NCBI GenBank assembly: GCA_027592785.1
Contig: JAQCLD010000008.1
Span: 3,955 to 67,954, forward strand
Direction of reading: 5' to 3'
Length of the DNA stretch: 64,000 bases
From: Acidobacteriota bacterium
Lineage (GTDB): Bacteria; Acidobacteriota; Terriglobia; Bryobacterales; UBA6623
Positions 10,510 through 18,499 of the stretch are shown here, one piece after another. The notes beneath the pieces are model-generated. The model searched no databases. It saw only the letters and a program-made list of their open reading frames with translations, and had not been told where the DNA came from. A program made the translations under genes and the position numbers. Within the stretch, counting starts at the first letter, position 1, and every line of letters starts with the position of its first letter.

Positions 10510-11949
10510 ATGGCCGTCGACAACTACAGCTCGCTGACCGTTGATGCGATTCAGCAAGGCCTGCGCTCTAAGGCTTTCTCCGCCGTGGAGATCGCCCAAG
10601 AGGCGCAGCGTTTCTGCGAAGCCGAGAATCCCACGTACGGCGCCTTTTTGAGCTTCTGTGCCGCCCGCGCCCTCAACGCCGCGGAAGCGGTCGATAAGAA
10701 ACTCGCCGACGGCGAAGATCCAGGCGCGCTGGCTGGCGTTCCGATCGCGATCAAGGACGTCATCTTGGTCGAGGGCGAGAAGAACACTTGCGCCTCCAAG
10801 ATCCTCGAAAACTTCGTCGCGCCTTACACTGCGACGGCGGTGCAGAGAATCGAACAGGCCGGCGCGCTGGTCATCGGCAAGGCCAACTGCGACGAGTTCG
10901 CCATGGGTTCGTCGAATGAGAACTCGGCCTACTACCCGGTCAAGAACCCCGCTGCGCCCGATCGGGTGCCCGGCGGTTCGTCGGGCGGCTCGGCGGCGGC
11001 AGTCGCGGCGGGCATGGCCCCGCTGGCGTTGGGTTCCGAGACCGGCGGATCGATCCGCCAGCCAGCCTCGTTTTGCGGCGTGGTCGGCGTGCTGCCGACT
11101 TACGGACGCGTCTCCCGCTACGGGCTGTCGGCGTTCGCCAGCTCGCTCGATCACATCGGGCCGTTCTCGAGGAACGTCAAAGATTCGGCTCGCCTGTTGG
11201 GCGTGATGGCCGGCAAGGATCCGCGAGACTCGACATCGGCGGGCGCTGCGGTAGCCGATTACGTCGCTGGCCTCGACGGCAACGTGAAGGGCATGAAGCT
11301 CGGCGTGCCCAAAGAATACTTTGCCGCCGGTCTCGACCCTGAAGTGAAGACCCGCGTCGAGGAAGCGATCGCGGCGCTCGAAAAACTCGGCTGCGAGATG
11401 GTCGACATCAGCCTGCCGCACACCGAGTACGCGGTGGCTACCTACTATCTGATCTGCACGGCGGAAGCGAGCGCTAACCTGGCGCGCTACGACGGCGTGC
11501 GCTACACGATGCGCTCGAAGAACGCCGAGACGCTGAGCGAAATGTACCGCAACACGCGCCACGAAGGCTTCGGCAAAGAAGTCACCCGGCGCATCATCCT
11601 CGGCACCTACGTATTGAGCTCGGGCTACTACGAGGCCTACTACCGCAAGGCCCAAAAAGTCCGGCGGTTGATCTATCAAGACTTCAAGAACGCCTTCGCC
11701 AAGGTCGATGCCATCGTAACGCCGGTGTCGCCCTCGCCGGCTTTTCCGCTGGGCGCCAAAACCTCCGATCCATTGGAGATGTACCTGTCCGACATCTACA
11801 CCATCACCTCCTGCCTCGCCGGCAACTGCGGCATCAGCGTACCCTGCGGCGCGACCTCCGAAGGCCTGCCCGTCGGTCTGCAAATTCTCGCTGATCACTT
11901 CGCCGAAGACAAAATGTTCCGCCTCGCCGACGCCTACGAGAACCGCTAG
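10510..11949 (+). CDS. gatA: Asp/Glu-tRNA amidotransferase subunit A
   Basis: Amidase signature [49 protein letters not shown]. Confidence 0.97.
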   Translation: MAVDNYSSLTVDAIQQGLRSKAFSAVEIAQEAQRFCEAENPTYGAFLSFCAARALNAAEAVDKKLADGEDPGALAGVPIAIKDVILVEGEKNTCASKILENFVAPYTATAVQRIEQAGALVIGKANCDEFAMGSSNENSAYYPVKNPAAPDRVPGGSSGGSAAAVAAGMAPLALGSETGGSIRQPASFCGVVGVLPTYGRVSRYGLSAFASSLDHIGPFSRNVKDSARLLGVMAGKDPRDSTSAGAAVADYVAGLDGNVKGMKLGVPKEYFAAGLDPEVKTRVEEAIAALEKLGCEMVDISLPHTEYAVATYYLICTAEASANLARYDGVRYTMRSKNAETLSEMYRNTRHEGFGKEVTRRIILGTYVLSSGYYEAYYRKAQKVRRLIYQDFKNAFAKVDAIVTPVSPSPAFPLGAKTSDPLEMYLSDIYTITSCLAGNCGISVPCGATSEGLPVGLQILADHFAEDKMFRLADAYENR

Positions 11950-12302
11950 CGCGGCGCCTGGCCGGCCTTCGCCGGGTGTGGCCCTGCGGGGGAGCGAGGT
12001 TCGGTATTGGGGCGGACAAGACTCGCCAAACATTCGGCCATTGCTGGCCGTGTGCGTCCTGTAGGCGGTCGTGCGGCGGTACGTTTTGGCCGCCGGTGTC
12101 CGCGAGAGGGCCGCGAATGTCCGCTGATGTCCGCTTGGGTCCGGAGTGCGATGGGGCTATGTTGTTGAGGACATGGGGCGTACTGGTATTCGACGTGTTG
12201 TCGGCGGACATTTTGCGGTTGGTCCGGCGTTAGGGCCCGACGCTTACGTGTCTGGGCTCAAGTCGCTGGGCGGCGCGAGGGCGGCTGATCTGAAGGCCAA
12301 CG

Positions 12303-12336
12303 CCCAAAGGGCTCCTCAGATGAGGAGCCCTTTGGG
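12303..12336. terminator. Perfect 15-bp hairpin, probable bidirectional intrinsic terminator
   Basis: CCCAAAGGGCTCCTC-AGAT-GAGGAGCCCTTTGGG. Confidence 0.65.
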
Positions 12337-12510
12337 ACGAAGGTTGGATTCCCATCCAAGCGGGGAATCGGAGATGTCTTGGGGTCGACCCTAGTGTCTG
12401 TATCGCTCTTACGCTGCGGCTCGTCTGGCCCTGACCGCGTGCCCGAGACCCTGCTCCCACTGCAGTGGAGCCCCTGGCCGTATCTCGCCTAGCCAGGGAT
12501 CTTCTGCATT
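12337..12510 (-). ncRNA. Candidate structured ncRNA (IS110 left-end/bridge-RNA-like; 6S-like fold not excluded)
   Basis: TTGACA and TG-n-TATACA upstream; 5' hairpin CCCTGGC/GCCAGGG; nested stems GTCTCGGG/CCCAAGAC and GGTC/GACC around an internal loop; terminator downstream; no convincing ORF. Confidence 0.4.
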
Positions 12511-12769
12511 TATGTATAGCACCCCGTGTCAAGCGCGCCGCCCTGGCGGGCGGGATCGCTCCCTCACAGTCGCGGCTCAGAAGCGCTTGGTGGTGCGGAT
12601 TGAGGTTGGGGGAGGCTACACCTGGCTTGCTACCTTCATGGCCGTTTCCGCTGTTTTCACGAGAAGTGTTGACGCGAACAGTTGAGGCTGACCTGGGTTC
12701 CTCCGAGAATGAGCTACTTTGCCCGGCACGTCGTGCGTGGAGGCGGAAGTTTCTTGAACGAGGAGAGAC

Positions 12770-12860
12770 ATGAAGATTCTTGCGAAACGGTTGATGAGCG
12801 CTGGTAGACGACGGCAAGCTCGCTGGCGTCACGACGCTGGTCGCACGGCACGGCAAGGTT
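12770..12860 (+). pseudogene. Relic of a serine hydrolase (beta-lactamase class C-like) gene
   Basis: SD AGGAGA plus ATG at 12770; out-of-frame fragment LVDDGKLAGVTTLVARHGKV at 12801-12860, ending just before a REP. Confidence 0.55.
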
Positions 12861-13037
12861 GATTCGCAATTCTTCCGAGCCGCGACCGTGAGGGAGCGGT
12901 CTAGGACGTCGACACCAAGCGACATTCGTAGGCGTTTGGAACGCGCAGCGAGGGCGGAGAGGGGAGCGGCCGAAAGCGGTGAGGACCGCTCCCTCACGGT
13001 CGCGGCTCAGAAGGGTCGTGGTTGTCCGTTCGGAAGT

Positions 13038-13548
13038 TTAGGGGCGGTCGCGGTCGGGGAAGGCGTCGTAGCAGGCCATGGGCTTGCCTTGGCCGTGAAG
13101 GACGTAGGAGACGGCTTGGGCTGACCTGCTCGGGGTTCCAGAGCCAGCGGGTGGTTCCGTGGCGGGACCAGCGCTTGGTTCGGGACGGGGGCTCGGTGTG
13201 CTTGAGCGCCCGCGTGGCGTAGGCCTTGAATGTGGTCATCATGACTTCGGGCTGCTGCTTGGCGGCGACGACGATGTGCACGTGATTGCTGCGGACGTGG
13301 ACGGCGTACAGGGGCCAGCTTCTGCAGGTGCAGACCTCTTGCATGGCGCGAAGAGTTCGCGCACGTGCCTCTGGGTTGAGGCGATAAGGCGGCTCGCTCA
13401 TCAGGCGGGATTCGGCTCTTGCACGGCGCATGTCCTCGGGAACGTGTCGCCCTTTGGGCACGTTGTGGTCGCGATCGACGGTAGCTTTGTCCTCGCCGTG
13501 TAGACGAGCCCCATAGCAGGAGAACGTGATTAGGTAGGCCAACGGCAT
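13038..13548 (-). mobile_element. REP-associated tyrosine transposase (RAYT, HUH Y1) with a 1-nt frameshift at about 13118-13120
   Basis: MPLAYLITFSCYGARLHG, HUH motif NHVH, FKAYATRAL, WSRHGTTRWLW; removing one C restores QAVSYVLHGQGKPMA to TAA (511 nt = 3n+1); flanked by REPs. Confidence 0.85.
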
Positions 13549-13617
13549 GGCGACCCATGCATTGTAGGTTGGCCGTGAGGACCGCTCCCTCACGGTCGCG
13601 GCTCGGAAGCTAGACTG

Positions 13618-13992
13618 GTGGTTGTGGATGCGCTGATCGTTTTTGCCCATGGTTCGCGGCGCGCTGAGGCCAATGAGGCCGTCGAGCGCGTGGCTGCGAT
13701 TGCTGCTGAGAAGGGCGGGTTTGCGGTGTGGCGGGCGGCTTTTTTGGAGCTGGCGGAGCCGACGCTGACAACCACAGTGAAGGCCCTGGCTACTGAGGGT
13801 GTGACGCGCATCGTCGTCGCGCCCTACTTCCTGGTGATGGGCATTCATTTGACGCAAGACTTGCCTCGGCTAATGGCAGAAGCGCAGAAGGAAACTCCTG
13901 GCGTCGAGCTGGTTTCCACGCCGCCGCTAGACGGCCATCCAGCGCTGGCGGACATACTGTCCGAGCGGGCGCGAACGGCAATCGCCGAGTGA
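13618..13992 (+). CDS. CbiX/SirB-type single-domain sirohydrochlorin chelatase-like protein
   Basis: FAHGSR, AFLELAEPTL, PYFLVMGIHLTQDLP, PLDGHP. Confidence 0.88.
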   Translation: MVVDALIVFAHGSRRAEANEAVERVAAIAAEKGGFAVWRAAFLELAEPTLTTTVKALATEGVTRIVVAPYFLVMGIHLTQDLPRLMAEAQKETPGVELVSTPPLDGHPALADILSERARTAIAE

Positions 13993-14040
13993 TCCTCGAC
14001 GCGAGGGCTCGATTTTTCCAACAATAGGCGTAGAGGTCTC

Positions 14041-15975
14041 ATGGTCCACGTAACTCTGCCTGACGGCAGCGTCAAAGAAGTCGAAGCGGGCGCGACCCCG
14101 TTTCAAATTGCCGAGTCGATCAGCCCCCGTCTAGCGAGTGCCGCGTTGGTCGCTGAACTCGACGGCAAGCTGGTCGATCTGACCGAGCCGATTACGGCCG
14201 ACGCGAAGCTGCGTTTGCTGACGGATCGTGATGAGGAGGCCTTGCAGGTCTACCGCCACACGAGCGCGCATCTGCTGGCTGCCGCGGTGCTGGAACTGTA
14301 TCCCGAGACCAAGCTGGGCGTCGGTCCGCCGACGGACACCGGCTTCTTCTACGACATGCAGCGCGATCAGCCGTTCACTCCCGAAGACCTGGAGAAGATC
14401 GAGCAACAGATGCAGAGGATCGTCGACCGCGACGAGCCCAACCGCCGCGTCTGGATGGATCGCGACGAAGCGCTGAAGCTCTACCAAGAGCAAGGCGACA
14501 CGATGAAGTGTGAGTTGATCACCGAGAAGACCGACGACCCGAAGGTGTCGATCTATAAGACCGGCGATAAATTCAACGACTTCTGCCGCGGGCCGCACGT
14601 CCCCTCGATGGGCCGCATCAAGGCTTTCAAGCTGCTGTCTGTTGCGGGCTCCTACTGGAAGGGCGACGAACGTAACGCGCGGCTGCAGCGGGTTTACGGC
14701 ACATCGTTTTTCTCGAAGAAGGATCTCGCAAAATACCTCAATCAGATTGAGGAAGCCAAGAAGCGCGACCACCGCAAGCTCGGCAAAGAACTCGACCTGT
14801 TCTCGGTGCAAGAGACCGCCGGGCCCGGCTTGATTTTTTGGCATCCGAAGGGCGGCTTGGTCCGCAAGTTGATCGAAGACTGGTTGCGCGATCAATACCT
14901 GGCACGCGGCTACGGGTTGGTGTTTACGCCGCATGTGGCCAAGCGCGAGTTGTGGAAGATATCCGGCCACGCGGACTTCTATTCGGATGACATGTTCAAG
15001 CCGATGGAGCTGGACGACATCGAGTACCAGCTCAGGCCGATGAACTGCCCGTTCCACATCTTGATCTACAAAGACACGCTGCGCAGCTATCGCGACCTGC
15101 CGGTGCGCCTGGGCGAGTTGGGCACGGTGTATCGCTACGAGCGCTCGGGCGTGATGCACGGACTGTTGCGCGTGCGCGGCTTTACGCAAGACGACGCGCA
15201 TATTTTCTGCACGCCCGAGCAAGTGACCGACGAAGTGGTCGGTTGCGTCGACTTCGCGCTGGATGTGCTGAAGACGTTCGGCTTTGAAGACTACACGGTG
15301 GAGCTCTCCACCTGGGACGGCGGCGCCAGCGGCAAATATGCGGGCGACCCGGAAGAATGGGAGCGCGCCGAGAAGGGCCTGAAAGACGCTTTGGCGCAGC
15401 GCGGCATTGAAGCGAAAGTGATGCCGGACGAAGCGGCCTTCTACGGCCCGAAGATCGACGTCAAGATGGTCGACGCGATTGGCCGTTCGTGGCAGCTGTC
15501 GACTGTGCAGTTCGACTTCAACCTGCCGCGCCGGTTTGAGTTGGAGTACGTCGCTGAAGACGGCGCCAAGCATCGCCCCTTCATGGTGCACCGCGCCTTG
15601 TTGGGGTCTGTTGAGCGTTTCATGGGCGTGCTGATCGAGCACTACGCCGGAGCCTTCCCGACGTGGCTGGCGCCGTTGCAGGTGAAGGTGCTGCCGATCA
15701 CCGACGCTCAGTTGGACTACGCTCGATCCGTTGCGGCGAAGCTCATCGCTGCAGGCGTACGCGCCGACGTCGACGAACGCAACGAGAAGGTCGGCTTCAA
15801 GATTCGCGAAGCGACGATCGAGAAAGTTCCCTACATGCTTGTTGTCGGAGCCAAAGAAGCCGAGGCAGGCAAGGTCGCTGTGCGCGAACGCAAGGCGGGC
15901 GACAAGGGCCAATTGACTGTCGAAGAATTCCTGGGGCCGCTGCTCGAAGAGATCGCTGAGAAGCGCGTTTCCTAA
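14041..15975 (+). CDS. thrS: Threonine--tRNA ligase
   Basis: TGS domain, RHTSAHLLA, DFCRGPH, RDHRKLG, RPMNCP, RVRGFTQDDAH, AFYGPKID. Confidence 0.98.
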   Translation: MVHVTLPDGSVKEVEAGATPFQIAESISPRLASAALVAELDGKLVDLTEPITADAKLRLLTDRDEEALQVYRHTSAHLLAAAVLELYPETKLGVGPPTDTGFFYDMQRDQPFTPEDLEKIEQQMQRIVDRDEPNRRVWMDRDEALKLYQEQGDTMKCELITEKTDDPKVSIYKTGDKFNDFCRGPHVPSMGRIKAFKLLSVAGSYWKGDERNARLQRVYGTSFFSKKDLAKYLNQIEEAKKRDHRKLGKELDLFSVQETAGPGLIFWHPKGGLVRKLIEDWLRDQYLARGYGLVFTPHVAKRELWKISGHADFYSDDMFKPMELDDIEYQLRPMNCPFHILIYKDTLRSYRDLPVRLGELGTVYRYERSGVMHGLLRVRGFTQDDAHIFCTPEQVTDEVVGCVDFALDVLKTFGFEDYTVELSTWDGGASGKYAGDPEEWERAEKGLKDALAQRGIEAKVMPDEAAFYGPKIDVKMVDAIGRSWQLSTVQFDFNLPRRFELEYVAEDGAKHRPFMVHRALLGSVERFMGVLIEHYAGAFPTWLAPLQVKVLPITDAQLDYARSVAAKLIAAGVRADVDERNEKVGFKIREATIEKVPYMLVVGAKEAEAGKVAVRERKAGDKGQLTVEEFLGPLLEEIAEKRVS

Positions 15976-15992
15976 CTAGCCGAGCGAGCCCA

Positions 15993-16964
15993 TCAGATGT
16001 CGCGGACGCAACGGAAGCCGATGTTGCCGGCAGCGCTGTCGGGCGTGTTGCCCGTGCGTGCGCCGAGGCGATAGCGGTTGCAGTAGGACTCGTGGCACAG
16101 ATAGGAGCCGCCCTTCATCACTCGCCTCGTGCCGCTGGTTGGACCGACGGGGTTAAATGGATTGGCATCGACGTGATAGTCGGCGCTGAACCAGTCCGCG
16201 GTCCATTCCCAGACGTTGCCGATGGAGGAGAGCATGCCGTAGGGGTTGGCGGGGAAAGCGTCCACTGGAGCGACGCCTGAGTAGCCGTCGGCAGCGGTGT
16301 CTTGGTCGGGGAAGCGGCCCTGGAAGACGTTGCACAGGTGCTTGCCGTCGGGTTCGAGGTCGTCGCCCCACCAGAAGAGTTGTTGTTCGGTGCCGCCGCG
16401 TTGGGCGTATTCGAACTCGGCCTCGGTGGCGATTCTCTTGCCGGCCCAGTCGGCGTAGGCGGCGGCGTCGTCCCAGGAGACGTGCGTGACGGGATAGTTT
16501 TCGAGGCCCTCGATGGAGGAGTCCGGGCCTTCGGGATGCGCCCAGTCGGAACCAGGAACCTTGCACCACCATTGGGCGGCCAGCACGGTGTCTTCGACTA
16601 GTTGCTTGTAGCGCTCGCCTGCAAGGTGGCCCTGGAACACGAACGACCAGCCGAAGCGCTCGGAGTCGGTCTGGTAGCCGGTTGCTTTAACGAAGCGGGC
16701 GAACTCCTCCGTGGTGACCGGATGGGCGTCGATCCAGAAAGGGTCGATGCGTATCTGGCGCACCGGGCCTTCGCCGTCGGCGGGGAACCCTTTGTCGTGG
16801 TCCGTGCCCATGAGGAACTTGCCGCCGTCGAGGCGTAGCATGCCGGCGGTTTCGCCGATGGTCGTGCGGCGACGCGTCCGCGATGCCGCGCGGGATTCTT
16901 CGAGGTGCGCGGCGTGCTCCATGGTGGGCGCGCAGCAGGCCTTCTTGTGCGCAGGTAAGCTCAT
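15993..16964 (-). CDS. Formylglycine-generating enzyme (sulfatase-modifying factor)
   Basis: GNVWEW, KGGSYLCHESYCNRYR with the catalytic Cys pair, GFRC. Confidence 0.93.
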   Translation of the reverse strand: MSLPAHKKACCAPTMEHAAHLEESRAASRTRRRTTIGETAGMLRLDGGKFLMGTDHDKGFPADGEGPVRQIRIDPFWIDAHPVTTEEFARFVKATGYQTDSERFGWSFVFQGHLAGERYKQLVEDTVLAAQWWCKVPGSDWAHPEGPDSSIEGLENYPVTHVSWDDAAAYADWAGKRIATEAEFEYAQRGGTEQQLFWWGDDLEPDGKHLCNVFQGRFPDQDTAADGYSGVAPVDAFPANPYGMLSSIGNVWEWTADWFSADYHVDANPFNPVGPTSGTRRVMKGGSYLCHESYCNRYRLGARTGNTPDSAAGNIGFRCVRDI

Positions 16965-17848
16965 GCGTCGGCTGTTGCGGAGAAGTCCACAGTGGCGGCG
17001 GCGCGAGCCTTGTCGATAAAGGCTTCGAGCACTTCGTTCCGCCGCAGTGTCATGATCTCGCCCGCGACCAGGTCGCGAACTTCGCTAAGCGGCCGTTGGC
17101 TTTCGGGACGGCTGTCGAGGACCTTGACGATGTGGAACCCGAAAGTGGTTTTGAAGGGGGCGCTGACTTGTCCTACTTGAAGACCGAAGGCGACTTCGTC
17201 GAAGCGGGGCACCATTCGTCCGCGCGGGAACCAGCCAAGTTCGGCGGGGGCGTCGGAGTGCTTTTCGGCGACCTCGATGAAATCGGCGCCGGCGTTGAGC
17301 TCGGCTTTGGCTTCTTCAACGGCCTTCTTGGCGTCCACGGCGGTGACTTCTTCGTTGACGCTCTTGAGGATGTGGGCGGCGTTGACGCTTTCGGGTACGC
17401 GGAATTGGCTGCGGCGCTTGCGGTAGAACTCGGCGATGTCTTTTTGCTTCGGGGGCTTGAGGTGAGCGGTAAGGGCGTTGACCAGCTTCTCGATCTTCGC
17501 TTCGGCTTCGGCGTCTTCGCGGGCTTGTTCTTCGGTCAACCCGGCTTCGTCGAATTTCTCTCTACCGCCGAAGCGCTCAACGGTTTCCGCGACGGCCTTT
17601 TCCAGCACGTCGTCGGGGACAGGTTCGGGGTTCTTGCAGGCTTCCTGGCGCAACAACATGCGCTCGACAACGTTCTCTTGAGCCCACTCGGCGGCCTTCG
17701 CGCGCATGGCCTCAGGGGTGGAGAAGCCGTAGCGCTCCAGTTGTTCGGGCGGGAGTTGCTGGAAGCGCCCCATGAGCGCGTTCATTTCGGCTTCTAGCGC
17801 GCCCTCGGGAGCCGCTTCGCCGTTTACTTTCAGAGTCACGATGACCAT
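16961..17848 (-). CDS. PpiC/parvulin peptidyl-prolyl isomerase (SurA/PrsA-like)
   Basis: AAHIL, ELGWFPRGRMVPRFDEVAF, KTTFGFHIVKV. Confidence 0.9.
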   Translation of the reverse strand: MVIVTLKVNGEAAPEGALEAEMNALMGRFQQLPPEQLERYGFSTPEAMRAKAAEWAQENVVERMLLRQEACKNPEPVPDDVLEKAVAETVERFGGREKFDEAGLTEEQAREDAEAEAKIEKLVNALTAHLKPPKQKDIAEFYRKRRSQFRVPESVNAAHILKSVNEEVTAVDAKKAVEEAKAELNAGADFIEVAEKHSDAPAELGWFPRGRMVPRFDEVAFGLQVGQVSAPFKTTFGFHIVKVLDSRPESQRPLSEVRDLVAGEIMTLRRNEVLEAFIDKARAAATVDFSATADA

Positions 17849-17889
17849 TTTACGCTGCTGGGGGTGAGGGGCTAAAGCCGTGGCCTGCG

Positions 17890-17999
17890 GGTAAGCCCGC
17901 TGAAGCGGGCTGGGAGGAGGGACAGGAGCCGGGCTCGTGTAACCAGGCCTAAAGTCCTGGCCTAACCATGAGCCCCCTGAAGGGGGCTGAAAGCGCGGG
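17890..17999. repeat. Three-hairpin dispersed repeat (REPIN/BIME-like); second copy inverted at 63884-63994
   Basis: GGTAAGCCCGCTGAAGCGGGCTG...TAACCAGGCnTAAAnnCCTGGCCTAACCATGAG...CTGAAA shared by both loci. Confidence 0.85.
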
Positions 18000-18057
18000 G
18001 GCGAGGTTCCTATCGTGCGTTGTCGGCTACAGTGGACCCTGAGGACGATGGAGACCT

Positions 18058-18378
18058 ATGTTGCACCGAGGGCCGCTGGCGCTAAAGGCATTAGGTTGGG
18101 GCGTGCTTGGAGGTTTGGCGTGCTTCGCCTTCCAGGCGATATTGACGATGGCTGTGGTCCTCGCCATCCAAGTAGTGGTGTCTGGAGACGCGTTAGCGGA
18201 CCGGGCGGCTGGCCTGGGTCGATACTATGCGCCGTTGTTTTCTGCGGTCTTGTTGGTCTTGGCCTTGGCCGTGGGTGTAGCGATTAGAAAGCGTCGGAAG
18301 GCCTTTGTGGTTGGTTGGTTCATTTTAGTAGGCCTCCGTGCGATTCAAGTCTGTTACTCCTGGCTTGACGCTGCGTAG
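18058..18378 (+). CDS. Small membrane protein
   Basis: Three hydrophobic segments; GGAG SD upstream. Confidence 0.55.
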   Translation: MLHRGPLALKALGWGVLGGLACFAFQAILTMAVVLAIQVVVSGDALADRAAGLGRYYAPLFSAVLLVLALAVGVAIRKRRKAFVVGWFILVGLRAIQVCYSWLDAA

Positions 18379-18499
18379 CCTCCGAATATTTCTGGCTCTT
18401 GGCTCCCAAACGAAGCGTCACCTGCCGGATCAACAGCTTGGTGCGGGCGGCGACAGGCAAGCTTGACTGGCCCCTGCTGCTGTTATCATATTCGGCGGC

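Larger units (their letters stand above)
12557..13604. repeat. REP family GAGCCGCGACCGTGAGGGAGCGGT, 4 copies: 12557-12578(-), 12877-12900(+), 12985-13008(-), 13581-13604(-)
   Basis: Near-identical imperfect palindromes with a GAGC head; the 12877 and 12985 copies form an inverted pair (REPIN-like); copies flank the RAYT gene. Confidence 0.9.

Noticed and set aside
12303-12345. Hammerhead ribozyme core
   Set aside because: CTGAGGAG-stem is not followed by CGAAA on the same strand; a terminator hairpin explains the sequence better.
12405-12440. SRP RNA (GTCAGG...GCAGC resemblance on the minus strand)
   Set aside because: It lacks the paired stem with GNRA tetraloop (TCC-GGAA-GGA) and the AGCAG symmetric loop.
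12230-12997. 255-aa ORF and overlapping ORFs in the gatA-RAYT gap
   Set aside because: Low-complexity translations through REPs and hairpins with no protein-like features.
12557-13604. CRISPR array
   Set aside because: The repeats are in mixed orientation with irregular spacing, there are no cas genes, and they fit REPs around a RAYT.
10504-15912. Long antisense ORFs (10504..12033 minus, 14131..15912 minus, and similar elsewhere)
   Set aside because: They are shadow frames of gatA, thrS and other genes caused by high GC3, with no motifs.
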